DNA of 64,000 nucleotides, taken from an uncultured Planctomycetota bacterium. Lineage in GTDB: Bacteria; Planctomycetota; Planctomycetia; Isosphaerales; Isosphaeraceae. The position numbers were made by a program, and so were the translations under genes. Every line of letters begins with the position of its first letter. The first letter of the stretch is position 1. Shown in pieces: positions 31,662 through 43,207 of this stretch. The DNA lies in NCBI GenBank assembly GCA_963845755.1, contig CAWJTV010000034.1, positions 256,001 to 320,000 of the forward strand, written 5' to 3'. A model generated the notes under the pieces. That model saw nothing but the letters and a program-made list of their open reading frames with translations, ran no database searches and was not told the DNA's origin.

Positions 31662-34043
31662 CTACACCGCCAGGTTCTCGGCCAGCCGGGGCGCCAGCTC
31701 GGGGATGGCGGTCGCCAGGACGTCCTCGATCCGCTTCGCCAGGGTGAATTCCATGTCCTGGCGAACAGATTCGGGCAGTTCGCCAAGGTCTTTCTCGTTG
31801 GCCCTGGGAATGACGACGCGGCGGATGCCGGCGCGGTGGGCGGCCAGCATCTTTTCCTTGATCCCGCCGACCGGCAGGACCAGGCCGGTCAGTGTGATCT
31901 CGCCGGTCATGGCGGTGTGGTCGCGTACGGGTAGCTTGGTGTAGAGCGACGTCAAGGCGGTCGCCATGGTCACGCCGGCCGAGGGGCCGTCCTTGGGGAC
32001 CGCACCGGCCGGGACGTGGATATGCAACCCGGCCTGACGGAACGTCTCGGGGTTGACGCCGAGCTTTTCGGCGTGCGACCAGACATAGGTCTGGGCGGCG
32101 CGCGCCGACTCGCGCATCACGTCCCCGAGCTGGCCGGTCAGACGAAGGCCACGCGCGCCGGGGAGCAACCGGGCCTCGACATAGAGCACGTCGCCGCCGG
32201 CCTCGGTCCAGGCGAGCCCCGTGGCCACGCCGGGCTCGAGGATCGTGCGTGCCTGATCGAGGAAGAACCGTTCGGGGCCGAGCATCTCCACCAGGTCCTC
32301 CGCCCCGACCACGATGGGTTGTGTCTCGCCCTGGGCGACCTTCCGGGCGACCTTGCGCGATACCCGGGCGAGCATCCGCTCGAGGTCGCGCACGCCGGCT
32401 TCGCGGGTGTAGCCGCTGATGATCCGGCGCACGGCCTCCGGCGTGATCGTAAGCTGGACCGGCGTCAGCCCGGCCTGGGCCAGTTGCCGCGGGACGAGGT
32501 AGCGCATGGCAATCTGCTGCTTCTCGTCTTCGCTATACCCGGTGAGCCAGAGGACTTCCATGCGATCCAGCAGCGCGGGCGGGATCACGTCGAGGGCGTT
32601 GGCCGTCGCGATGAAGAAGACCTTCGACAGGTCGAACGGTATGTCGAGGTAGTTGTCGCGAAAGGTCGAGTTCTGGGCCGGGTCGAGGACCTCCAGGAGC
32701 GCGGCGGTCGGGTCGCCTCGAAAGTCCTGGCCGACCTTGTCGATCTCGTCGAGCATCAGCACGGGATTCCTGACGCCCGCGCGACGGATCGCCTGGATGA
32801 TGCGCCCGGGCATGGCACCGATGTAGGTGCGCCGGTGGCCCCGTAACTCGGACTCATCATGCAGGCCGCCCAGGCTCATGCGCTCGAACTGGCGGCCCAG
32901 CGAACGGGCGATCGATTGTCCCAACGAGGTCTTGCCCACGCCCGGCGGCCCGACGAAGCACAGGATCGGCGCCTTCGCCTGGGGGTTGAGCTTCAACACC
33001 GCCAGGTGCTCGAGGATCCGCTCCTTGATCTTCTCGAGGTCGAAGTGATCCTCGTCGAGCACCCGCTGAGCTTTGTCGAGATCCAGGTCGTCTTCCGTGG
33101 ATTGGCGCCAGGGGAGCTCGAGGACGAGCTCGAGGTAGGTGCGCGTGATCTGGTAGTCGGGCGCGGCCGGCGGTAGTCGCTCCAGTCGGCCGAGCTCGCG
33201 CTCGACTTCCTTGTGCACAGCCTCCGGGAGGTCGGCGGCGACCAGGCGATCGCGCAGCTCCTGGACCTCGGCCCGCTGCGGATCCGTCTCTCCCAGCTCG
33301 CCCTGGATCGCCCGGAGCTGCTGGCGGAGCAGGTACTCCCGCTGTTCCTTCCCCATCTCGTTCTGGGCCTGGCTCGCGATCTTCTGTCGGAGTTCCAGCA
33401 CCTGGAGCTCCTGGGTCAGGTAGCCGTGGATCAGCCGGAGCGCCTCGATGCGGGTGGGCACCTCGAGCAGCGCCTGCTCCTTCGCCACGTCCAGGCTCAT
33501 CATCGACCCGACGAGAAAGGCGAGGATCAGCGGATCGGGTGCCTGGGCCGCGAGCTGGTCGATATTCGCCCCACTCTCCGGATGCGCCAGCTCGAGCGCC
33601 CGGGCCGTCAGTTCGAGCACGGCGCGGCGCAGGGCCTCGACCTCCGTCCCATGATCCTGCGGGAGGGGCAAGGGGCGTATCCGGGCCTTGAGATACGGCT
33701 CGGTCTGCTCCAGATGGACCAGCTCCACCCGTTCCACGCCCTGGACCAGGAGCTCGATCCCCGCTGCGGAGCGGCCCATCTTCTTGATGACGGCCCGGGT
33801 GCCCACGGGATAGAAATCGTCCGCCGTCGGCATCTCCACCTGGGGGTTGCGCAGGGCAAGCGCAAGGAACGTCTTTTCCTCCGTGGCCAGGATCGCCTCC
33901 ACCGCCGCCATCGAGAGGGGCCGTCCGATCGAGAGGGGCATGAACAGTTGGGGGAAGAGGACGGAGTTCGACAGGGGCAGCACCGGCACCGATTCCGGCG
34001 ATACCGGTTTCGCCTCGATGATCGACTGGTTTTCAATCGTCAC
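31662..34043 (-). CDS. lon: ATP-dependent protease La
   Basis: LON N-domain ([11 protein letters not shown]), [45 protein letters not shown] overlaps the hsp20 stop. Confidence 0.96.
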   Translation of the reverse strand: MTIENQSIIEAKPVSPESVPVLPLSNSVLFPQLFMPLSIGRPLSMAAVEAILATEEKTFLALALRNPQVEMPTADDFYPVGTRAVIKKMGRSAAGIELLVQGVERVELVHLEQTEPYLKARIRPLPLPQDHGTEVEALRRAVLELTARALELAHPESGANIDQLAAQAPDPLILAFLVGSMMSLDVAKEQALLEVPTRIEALRLIHGYLTQELQVLELRQKIASQAQNEMGKEQREYLLRQQLRAIQGELGETDPQRAEVQELRDRLVAADLPEAVHKEVERELGRLERLPPAAPDYQITRTYLELVLELPWRQSTEDDLDLDKAQRVLDEDHFDLEKIKERILEHLAVLKLNPQAKAPILCFVGPPGVGKTSLGQSIARSLGRQFERMSLGGLHDESELRGHRRTYIGAMPGRIIQAIRRAGVRNPVLMLDEIDKVGQDFRGDPTAALLEVLDPAQNSTFRDNYLDIPFDLSKVFFIATANALDVIPPALLDRMEVLWLTGYSEDEKQQIAMRYLVPRQLAQAGLTPVQLTITPEAVRRIISGYTREAGVRDLERMLARVSRKVARKVAQGETQPIVVGAEDLVEMLGPERFFLDQARTILEPGVATGLAWTEAGGDVLYVEARLLPGARGLRLTGQLGDVMRESARAAQTYVWSHAEKLGVNPETFRQAGLHIHVPAGAVPKDGPSAGVTMATALTSLYTKLPVRDHTAMTGEITLTGLVLPVGGIKEKMLAAHRAGIRRVVIPRANEKDLGELPESVRQDMEFTLAKRIEDVLATAIPELAPRLAENLAV

Positions 34044-34405
34044 GACCGGCCCCCTGTCTTGATCCGGACCAGCAGCATGCCGTCGACGTACGACGTCACG
34101 ATCTCGGCGGTCTCCGAGAGTCCGGGCAATTCCAGGGTCCGCTGGAAGCGGCTGTAGGCGATCTCCAGGCAATGACATCCCATCCCCTGGTAGCAGTGCT
34201 CGTCCCGCCGAGACCCCTGCACCAGCAGAGTCGTACCCTGGGCCACCAGCCGGATCTCGTCCGGTCTCACTCCCGCCAGCTCGAACTTGACCAGCCAGCC
34301 GTCCGAGGTGCGATAGACATCGGCCCGCGGCTGCCAGACCTCATCAGGATGCGTGGTCTGGGGGAGGAAGAACATGTGTGGAAAATGGACCTTGTCCGTC
34401 GCCAT
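34040..34405 (-). CDS. Hsp20/alpha-crystallin small heat-shock protein
   Basis: WQPRADVYRT, VKFELAGV, LEIAYSRFQRTLELP, YVDGMLLVRI. Confidence 0.88.
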   Translation of the reverse strand: MATDKVHFPHMFFLPQTTHPDEVWQPRADVYRTSDGWLVKFELAGVRPDEIRLVAQGTTLLVQGSRRDEHCYQGMGCHCLEIAYSRFQRTLELPGLSETAEIVTSYVDGMLLVRIKTGGRS

Positions 34406-35099
34406 CGGTCCTCCGGCTGTCGTGTGCGGACGCCCGGTCCGCCGCGTCGCATCGTTCACATCGCGTTTGGCAACCGACCCCAGCCTCCTCGGTGCCAGAT
34501 GCCGAAGGAGGGCAGGAACGCAGGATCGGCCGCGAGCGGACCTTTCTCATCAGCGAGCCCTGGTCGATAAACCAGAGGCTCCTCCGGCATCTTTCATGTT
34601 TTCACGAGTCTGGCCATGGATCGCGTCCCCAGTCAAGGAGAAGGCGCATGAGTTCGAGGTTCGCGTCACCAGCCACTGAGTTCATTCCAGAAGTACGGCC
34701 GCCGAACGCCGGTCGATAGTGAAAAAAGCCTTACCAGTGGCGGAGCGGACTATTTCTCCGAGAGACGCGGGATCGTTCGGTGTCCTGGGACGAGACCCAG
34801 GATATCACGTTCATGAGAACAAGCCGAAACCTTGCCCTTCGGGTTTCGTCGGCATTCGCTTGTTTGTGTGCAATCATAGGCTCTCGTCGACCACCCAGAG
34901 GGGCCGGTGCCGTTGATGGTCGGGCAAAACTCGGTGTCCGAGGCCCGACCGGCGAGCACACCACCGGGCCGGGAGCAGCCGTGATCCTTCAGCTTCAAAT
35001 GCAAGGTTGAGCGTTTCATCACAAGTCGTGCGGCGTCCTCCCGTGGGTGTGCCGAATCCCCCGTGATTCTCGGGGAGGACACCCAGGATGTGCTCCCGC

Positions 35100-35374
35100 T
35101 CAATCGGCCCAGTCTTCGACCTTCAAGCCAGGCACCTGGCCAAAGTCCTTCCGTTTGCGAGTCACCAGGGTCGCACGGTTGGCCAAGGTGAGGGCCGCGA
35201 TCAGAAGGTCGCCCCGTCCGATCTTCTTCAGTTGCTTGTTCTGTCGCATTCGGTCGAACTCACCGGCAGCCGCGGGGTCAATGGCGAGGATGGTGAACCG
35301 TTTCAAATCTTTCTCGCTCTCGTCCAGCCGATGCTGGGCTTGGAGCAGCTTGTCGCTGTTCTCCGCCTTAAGCA
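35100..35374 (-). pseudogene. 5'-truncated PIN-domain (VapC-like) toxin
   Basis: KKIGRGDLLIAALTLANRATLVTRKRKDFGQVPGLKVEDW C-terminal PIN motifs; N-terminal LDT motif missing and an in-frame stop lies just upstream. Confidence 0.8.
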
Positions 35375-35393
35375 CAATACCGTTGAATCAGCC
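35375..35393 (+). mobile_element. Orphan IS4-family terminal inverted repeat
   Basis: caataccgttgaa is identical to the first 13 bp of the IS4 left end at 44864 (16/19 overall) and sits at the PIN truncation point. Confidence 0.65.
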
Positions 35394-35422
35394 ATAAACC
35401 GAAGAGGACGAAGGTCTTGAAT

Positions 35423-35451
35423 CTCGTTCCCATGCTCCGCGTGGGAACGAG
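35423..35451. repeat. REP-like palindrome
   Basis: ctcgttcccatgc-tcc-gcgtgggaacgag hairpin. Confidence 0.7.
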
Positions 35452-35566
35452 GAGATAAAGGTCACTCACACTGGTAGCCAGGCCGGCAAGGCATTGGAAT
35501 CAGCGCCAGCGCGGGAGCACCGATTCGTGTGCGTTAGGGGACCATCGACGGCCGTGCCAGTCGGTC

Positions 35567-38500
35567 CTACTCGGGCGCGAACACGTCGGCCGGCAGCTCG
35601 AATACTGGTTCAGCCAGGACGGTCTCGGCCTCGGCGCGGAAGCCGTCCAGTTCTTCGGACCAATCGGACTGCTCAAGCTTCGGATTTTCGCGCCGCCAAC
35701 GTACGGCGCGGTCGAAGTCGGCCCGCGCCTGGGCGATCTGACCCAGCCGGTGGCGGGCCATGGCCAGGAAGAACAGGTCGAAGGCGTCGGACTGGCCCTT
35801 GCCGGCCGCGAGACTCCTCTCCAGGGTGGCAATGGCCTCGCCATACTGGCCATTGCGGTAGAGGGCGACTCCCAGCGAATTGAGGTAGATGGCCGAACCG
35901 GGAGTCATCGCGACCGCCTTCCGAGCCAGGACCAGCGCCTGCTCGGGATCGCGCAAGGCAACCGGGCCTGTGGCCAGCCTCCAGGCCAGGTTGTTGTAGT
36001 ACTGGGCGTTCGCCAGGGGAGACGCGACGGCGCGCTTCATGTCAGCCAGGGCCTGCTCTCGGTGGCCCAGCCGATCATGGACCTGACTGCGCAGCTCGTA
36101 GAGGGCCGGATCTTGCGGATGGCGCGGGATCAGCGGAGCGAGGTCGGCCAGGGCTTCCGGGAACCGGCCCAGGCGGAGCCAGATCTGCGCACCGGTAGCG
36201 AACGGGATCCCGGCCGGGGTCGGCATCGAGGACCTTGGTGAAATCGGCGGCGGCCTCCTGGAGCCGGCCGAGCCGGAGCGACACCTGACCCTTCATGACG
36301 CGGGCTTCGATGTCGTCGGAGGAACGCGCCAGATACGTCTCCAGGGTCGTTCGCGCCCCCGGCAGGTTGTTCGTCTGGCCGTATGCCTGGGCCAGCAGGA
36401 ACAAGGCGTCGGTGTCGTCGGGCCGGAGCCGGAGCCGTCGCTCGAGGTCGGCGATCGCATCGGGCCACTTCTTCTCGAGGTGGAACAGCCAGCCGCGGTG
36501 GATCAGGGCCTCGGCGTCGTCGAGGTTGGCGGCCAGCCGGCGGTTCATCTCGGCCAGTTCGGCGCCGCGCCGCGCCTGGGTCTCGATGACTTCGCCGACG
36601 ACCCGCACCGACCTCGGCGGCAGGACCGGACCCGGGGCATCGCTCGCAGCCGAGGCGGTCGGATACGGCGGTGCGTCCCAGTCCAGGCCCAGCCGGGCGA
36701 GCTGGTCGCGGATCCGACGCATGTCCCACACCAGCGCGGTCTTTTGACGGGTTGTGGCGACGAGCTTCGTGCCGTCGGGGCTGAAGGCGAGCGGCTGGGG
36801 AGTCACTGGCTGCAAGGTCGTCAGCCGGGCAATCTCTCGGCCGGTAGCGGCGTCGGCCAGCAGCACTTGATCGGGCGCGATCCCCAAGGCCATCAGCCGG
36901 CCGTCGCCGGTGAACGCTGGCGGGTAACCGGCGTTCCCGCTCCGCTCGTGGTCGATCCGAAGACCAGGGTCCCACGTCCCCACGCGCCAGAAGTGGTAAG
37001 AGTGCTTTCCCTCATCCGGATGCGTGCACGAAACGAGCCAGCGGCCGTCCGGGCTAAAGCCGGCGAAGAACTTCGTGTCGCTGAAAGCATCCTCCGGTCT
37101 CAAGATCGTTTCGAGCCGACGGCGGTGTAAATCCCAAACTCGGACGCCCGCCTCATACCAGCCGCCGACCGCCAGCCATCGGCCGTCCGGACTGACGGCG
37201 AGCGAGGTCATGCGGCGATTCCCGCCGCTGTCGAGGGCCGTTGCCCGGCTCCAGGCCGGGTGGGGATGGCTGGAATCGATCAGCAAGACCCGGGTGTTGG
37301 CGTTATCGACGAGCGCCACGGTCCGATGATCGGGCAACCAGGCCGCTCGATTCCACATCTCGGCCTCCTGCAGCAGCTCGGGCGGCCCGACGCGGATTGC
37401 ATCGTCCCCGCGATCGGGATCGGGCCGGATCGGCCAGCGATAGAGGCCCCATCTGCCGGCGCTGATGAGGCTTCTTCCGTCGGGGTGAAAGAGCACGCTC
37501 TCGCAGAAACCGGCCTTGAGGTTGGCCAATTCACGGCCGGTTTCGACCTCCCACAGGCGCACGCCGTCCCCAACGCTGGTCGCTACCAGCCGGCCGTCGG
37601 GACTGAAGTCAGCGAAGGATACCCCGGTGGCGTCCCGCCTCTCGTCGCGGTTGCCGAGCATCTCCGGGTGGAGCGTCCGGCACTCCGCGCCCGCGGCCAC
37701 GTCCCAGACGCCGATCTTCCCGCCAACGGCCCTGAGAGCCAGTTGGCGGTCGTTCGACGCGAAACTCAGGGATGCTCCCGGCGCCATCGCCAGGGGTTCC
37801 CCCGAGGCCGCGTCCCAGAGCCGGGTGGTGCCGTCGTAGCTGGCGGTCGCCAGCAGGTAACCCACGTGCGCAAACTGGGCGAGGACGATCATGCCGTTGT
37901 GACCCCGAAGCACCGAGGCCAGCTCCCCCCGGCGGACGTTCCAGACGTAGACGCGGGGCTCATAGACACCGCCGCCGACCGCCAGTAACTGTCCATCGGC
38001 GCTCCAGGCCATAGCACCGTAGTCAACCTGCGACCGCCATTCTGTAAGGATTCGGCCGTTTTCAAGCTCGAGGATCGCGACCCGCGGTTTCTCCGCGTCG
38101 GCGTTGTTAACCGCGAGCCGCCGGCCCTCGGGATCGAGTGCCAGGTTATTCGGCGCGAAGTCCAGCGGCAGCCGCCGGACCACCCGGCGCTCAACGTGGT
38201 CCCAGACGCCGATGCCCCCCTCGATCGCACAGAACAGCAGCCGGCGGCCATCGGGGTGGAATGCCAGGTTGCTACCAGGACTCGGCAGGCTGCCGATCAG
38301 CTCCCGGCGTCCCATGTGCCATACCCGTAGTAGGTTGCCCCCACCAACCAGGCTGTAGACGGCCACCAGCAGCTCGCCGTCCGGGCTGAAGACAGGATAG
38401 CCATTCCCCAAAACGCGCCGGTCTGGCACCGGCAGGCGGGCCAGTACGCGGTCGTCGTCCAGCCGGCGCACCACCATCGCGCCGGATCCCTCGACAAAGG

Positions 38501-40509
38501 CGTACCGCTCGAGAGCGGCATCGACATTGCCGCTGGAGGCGACGAAGTCTTGCTGACGTCGCACGCGGAGGTCGGTCAGCCCCAGGGCGGCGATGGCCTG
38601 GTTGCGTATATCGGGCAGTCGTTTCCGTCCCTCGGGGTCGGCGCCCAGGACCTGCGCAGGCCTTGCCGAGCCGGTCCAGGCTGTCGAACCGCTGGCCGAT
38701 CAGCCCGGTGCGTTGGAGCGCCGCTCCCTCGGAGACCAGCGACTGGCCCTGCGCCAGCCGGGCTTCGCGTTCGGCATCCTTGGCCCGGGAGAGGCTCGCC
38801 TCGGACTGGCCCAAGGCGAGCCGGACCTCGTGCTCGGCATGCTCGGCACGGGAGAGGCTCACCCTGGTCAGGCCTTGCTCGAACCGAAGCGCATTGCGCT
38901 GCCAATAGAATGTCCACGCCACCACGCTCGAGCCGATGGCGATGAAGATCGTCAGGGTCGCGGCCAGGGCGACGAGGGCCGCCACGGCGGGGTTGCGCTT
39001 GCACAACCGCCAGAGCCGTTCGGGGTCCGAGATCGAGCGTGACCGGATCGGCCGATTCTCCAGGAACCGCCGCAGCTCGGCCGCCAGCTCGTCGGCCGTG
39101 CCGAACCGATCGTTCGGGTCCTTGGCCAGCGCCTTGAGCACGATCGTCTCCAGGTCGAGGGGGATGCGGCGGTCGAGCTGCCGCGGCGGCGCGGGGGGCT
39201 CGTGCACGACCTGGTCGATCAACTGGAGCCGGTCGTCACTTTCAAAGACCGGGCGCAACGTCAGCAGCTCGTACAGGGTCGCGCCCAGGGCATAGATGTC
39301 GCACCGGCGGTCCGAGACGCCACGGAACCGTTCGGGGGCCATGTAACGCAAGGTCCCGACCACGTCCTGGGAATGAGATAGGTCTTCCCCCTCCTCGAAC
39401 TTGGCCAGGCCGAAGTCGGCGACCCAGACATTCCCGACCGCATCCAGCAGCAGGTTTGACGGCTTGATGTCGCGGTGCAGCACGCCGCGCTTGTGGGCGT
39501 ACGCCAAGGCGTCGGCCACCTGGGCGCCGAGCCGGGCGACCTCGCGGTTATAGCGGTCCTCACCCCGACCGGCCAACGAGGAGGGCGAGGTGCTGACGAC
39601 CCAATCCATGTCGTTTCGGTCGGCTTCGCTCGGCGTCAGAGCATGGGACAATCGCGTGCGCGGGTCTCCCGACCCCGCCCCTGGGGCGACCGGCGCTGGG
39701 CGCGGGTCTCCCGACCCCGCCGTCGTCGCGCCCGTTCTGGACGCGGTCGGCTCGCAGGTCGGAGGCGGCGTCACCTCGGGATGGAGGGCCCGGCCGGCGC
39801 CGCGGGTAAGATGCCCGGTCATCAGGCCGTGGGTGACGGCCCACATCAAGGGATCGGTTGCGGCCCGGGCCTCGGCCGGGTCGCGGACGGCCTGCGGCAA
39901 TGTCCTGTCCCCTTCCTCGTTCCCGATGGGTCCGGTCCCGGCCGGCCCGACCTTCACCTGACCCTGCTTCGAGCGGAGCCGTCGAACATCGGCCAGGACC
40001 CTGTCCATGCCGTGACCGGCGATGTATTGCATGGCGTAGTAGCAGACGCCGTCGTGTTCGCCGTAGTCGAACACCGAGACGATGTTGGTGTGGTGCAACT
40101 GGGCGGCCGAGCGCGCCTCGTTGTGGAACCGCCGCAGGTAGTCCGAACGCGTGCGGAACCGCGGGTGCATCACCTTGAGCGCCACGTGACTGCGGAGCGA
40201 TTCCCGCACGGCCTCGTAGACTACACCCATCCCATCTTCGCCGATGAGCCCGAGGATCTGGTAGTCGCCAAGCCTCGAGAACTCAGGCTGGCCCATCCGA
40301 TCGACGACCGAAGGCCGGTGGTCCGCCGACTTGAGCTGCTCAATCTCGACCAAAGCCGGGAAAAGCTCGCGGATGTCGTCGGCCAGTTCCGGGTGCGCCG
40401 CCGTGTACTCGCCCAGGCTCGGCCGCTCCCCGCGGCGGAACCGCTCGAGAAACGACTCGGCCAGGCGGTCGAGGGGATCGCGCGAGTGGGCGGAGTCCGG
40501 GGCGTTCAC
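35567..40509 (-). CDS. Ser/Thr protein kinase with WD40 propellers and C-terminal TPR repeats; frameshifts near 38660, 38550 and 36200
   Basis: DPLDRLAESFLERFRRGERPSL N-terminus, IGEDGMGVVY, VALKV, HRDIKPSN, DFG, YMAPE, membrane helix after KRNP, many FSPDG repeats, TPR tail NNLAWRLATGP...DLFFLAMA. Confidence 0.88.
39658..39721. repeat. Two identical 22-bp REP-like units inside the kinase coding sequence
   Basis: gcgcgggtctcccgaccccgcc at 39658 and 39700, each encoding AGSGDPR. Confidence 0.8.
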
Positions 40510-41159
40510 GGGTGGTACTCCTCGCTGCCACCGGTCATCGCGTCGAGCGCTTCCTTGAGGCGACGCAGCGCCCGGATATAGCGCTTGCTGGCGGCCGAAT
40601 CCTGGAGGCCCAGCGTCTGCGCGGCTTCGGCGTTGGTCAGTTCCTCGAAATGGCGGAGGATCAGGACCTCGCGGTCGAGCGGGTCCATCGCGTCGATCGC
40701 CTCCTGAATCCGGGCCTTGCGCTCCAGCCGCATGGCCACCTCGCTGGCGCTGGTCTGGCGGCCGATGAGCTGCGCGGCCAGGGCCGCGGAGCTCGCCCCC
40801 GGCATCGCGCCGCGTTCGAGCGACACCTCGCGGGCGGCGTCCCGGACCTGGCAGCCGAGGTGCTTGCGTTGGAGCGTGGTGAGCCTCATGCCCGTGATCC
40901 AGCGGAGCCAGAGGAAGAAGGGCATCTCGGCCCGTGCGGAGTATTCGGCGAGTCCCGCGGTGGCGTCGAGGTACGCCTCCTGGATCACGTCGGAGGGGTC
41001 GATCCGCCCCTGGAGGCGGCGGTCGAGCCGCAGTGCGACCATCCGGCGGAGCCGGGGGCGGTGGGCATCGAGCAGGTCCGCCCAGGCCTGCCGGTCGCCT
41101 TCGGCGGCCCGCCGCACCTGTTCCGCCACGGACGGGTTGTCTATCGATGAATTGGCCAT
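40506..41159 (-). CDS. ECF-type sigma-70 factor (planctomycete, kinase-associated)
   Basis: RLRRMVALRLDRRLQGRIDPSDVIQEAY, FFLWLR, DREVLILRHFEELTNAEAA...SKRYIRALRRLK; TGA overlaps the kinase GTG. Confidence 0.93.
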   Translation of the reverse strand: MANSSIDNPSVAEQVRRAAEGDRQAWADLLDAHRPRLRRMVALRLDRRLQGRIDPSDVIQEAYLDATAGLAEYSARAEMPFFLWLRWITGMRLTTLQRKHLGCQVRDAAREVSLERGAMPGASSAALAAQLIGRQTSASEVAMRLERKARIQEAIDAMDPLDREVLILRHFEELTNAEAAQTLGLQDSAASKRYIRALRRLKEALDAMTGGSEEYHP

Positions 41160-41235
41160 AAGTACAAGATCGCGCGGGGCGACATCCGGGACAGGACGGG
41201 ACATATTTTCGTCGAGAATACATCCCGCATCCCCC

Positions 41236-42626
41236 CAGGGCTTACGCACCAGATTTCTCGGGGTTTTCGGCCAGTACAGTTGATTTCTCGGGGATTTGGG
41301 CCAGTACATCCAAGAGATAGTCATTCTTCCAGCCCGCAACCAGGCGGCGCGTCGCGATACTCTTGCCCTTGCTGTTCTTCTCCGCCTTGAGCAAGCACAA
41401 AGCCATCTTGCGGAGCCATCCCAAGTTCTCCGCGCTGTTCCCGGCCCAGTGCCGTTGATCATCCTCAGAGAAACAGACGTCCAGAACCCAGTGCAGCGAG
41501 TTCTCGATCCCCCAATGACCCCGCACCCAACGCAGGTGCTCTGTCGCCGGCTGGGACGCGCTGCTGATGAAGTAGCGGGTCTCACTGCTGGCCTCACCAT
41601 GGATCACCCGATGGCTGATCACCATCACGATCGCCGTCAGCCCGGCCCAAAGGCCCAGGTTGCGGATCCCCTTCGGCTCGGTGATCACACAGCAACTCCG
41701 GGTCTCCTGGCGACCGCTGCGGATCTCTTCCGTCTGACATTCAGTGAAGTCCACCCCGGGCTCGCCCTGATCCAATGCCTCGTCGAACGCCCGCGCGATG
41801 TCCTCGTAGAGGTGCGGCTGGTTCTCCTTGACCGCGAGCTCGTAATGGCCACCCCCGTCGATGATCTTGGCGGCGATGTCTTTCTGACAACCCATGGCGT
41901 CGATGGTCACCACGGCCCCGTTGAGGTCCAGCATCGCGAGCAAGTCGGGAATGGCCGTAATTTCGTTGGATTTGGCGTCGGTGGCCACTTGCCCCAAGGT
42001 CAAATGGTTCACGACCGCCCAGGCGCTGACGACATGCAGGGCCGAGCGGCCGACGGTGCGCGCCGCGCCGCGTTGGGCCTTACCGTCGATGGCGATCGGC
42101 GTCAGCTCGGGCGAATCGGTGGCGACGGGGGTCAATCCCGTTCGCTCCATCAGCGCCGTCATCCAGGAGGAGAAGCCCTTCTGAAAGGCCAGCGGGTCGA
42201 GCAGGCAGAAGACCCGTCGAAAGGTGTCGTGCGAGGGGATGCCGCCGGGCAATTCGAGGAAGGTCTCGAGCCAGTCGCTCTTGGAGTGGGCATAATCGGC
42301 GATCTGCACCCAGTTGTCGGCGCCGCAGAACACGGCGCAGGTGGCGATGAAAATGATCTCATCGAGTCGGTGGATTCGCCCCTGTTCGCGGCGGGGATCG
42401 GGCAAGTCGGCGAAATGATCGAGGAGTGAGATCGGGTCTTGGGCGGGAGTAGCGGAGGCCGAATCCGAGCTGACGGTCATGGTGTGGACGTCCCTGAAAA
42501 GATCGAGTTATCCTGGCGATCGATGGTACAAAAGACGTCCGTTTCCCGACCAGCCGGACTGTAGGATCGAGGCGAGATGCTCTTTCCCAGAACACTCAGA
42601 TATCCCAGGCTGGTGCGTAAGCCCTG
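41236..42626 (-). mobile_element. ISAs1-family insertion sequence, 1391 bp, complete
   Basis: Perfect 17-bp inverted repeats cagggcttacgcaccag (41236-41252) and ctggtgcgtaagccctg (42610-42626); 10-bp target duplication cgcatccccc at 41226-41235 and 42627-42636. Confidence 0.95.
41242..42480 (-). CDS. ISAs1-family transposase
   Basis: LPDPR, GIPSHDTFRRVF, IAIDGK, KSNEITAIP, VTIDAMGCQ, VKENQP, HWGIENSLHWVLDVCFSED. Confidence 0.95.
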   Translation of the reverse strand: MTVSSDSASATPAQDPISLLDHFADLPDPRREQGRIHRLDEIIFIATCAVFCGADNWVQIADYAHSKSDWLETFLELPGGIPSHDTFRRVFCLLDPLAFQKGFSSWMTALMERTGLTPVATDSPELTPIAIDGKAQRGAARTVGRSALHVVSAWAVVNHLTLGQVATDAKSNEITAIPDLLAMLDLNGAVVTIDAMGCQKDIAAKIIDGGGHYELAVKENQPHLYEDIARAFDEALDQGEPGVDFTECQTEEIRSGRQETRSCCVITEPKGIRNLGLWAGLTAIVMVISHRVIHGEASSETRYFISSASQPATEHLRWVRGHWGIENSLHWVLDVCFSEDDQRHWAGNSAENLGWLRKMALCLLKAEKNSKGKSIATRRLVAGWKNDYLLDVLAQIPEKSTVLAENPEKSGA

Positions 42627-43207
42627 CGCATCCCCCGACGTCAAAACCCGAGACCCTCCCGCCGCGAGAGAGAGCCGCGAATGTCGAACCGGGCGGCGAG
42701 GTCGCATTCTCGAGAAATTCCCTTTTTCCTGTCCCCGCGGGCCGATCGTGCGCGATCTGGGTAGTAGTGCGGCTGCGACGTCCCTCGTGAGGTTCTCGAC
42801 TCGGAAGCCGCATCCCGCGAACCAATCGATGTCGCGGTCGCGTGGGGTGTGATGCCCCGAGTACAGGACGGTCGCGACCGGGCCCCGTTGTGGGGTTGGC
42901 GGGCGCTTTGAGGTTACTCAGTCAGAGCGGCATTCGCATGGGTGGTGGGCGATCGATGGATCGAGCCCCCTGCGTCCTGTTGGTGGCGTGTATCGCGGGA
43001 AATGAGGGCTGTCTTCCGCCCGCCACGCGCCTCGCGCCACCCGCTACCGTCCGCCGGAGGAGCCTGGTCCTTCCGGCGATCACATCAAGAAAACCGCTCC
43101 AGGCCGGAGCCAGGACGGGCTCGCGAGGCTCCCTCTGCGGGAAGGAGTCCCGTACACGTTACGCACCATGACAAGAACGTGACAATCCAAGACGAGAGGA
43201 GATCACC

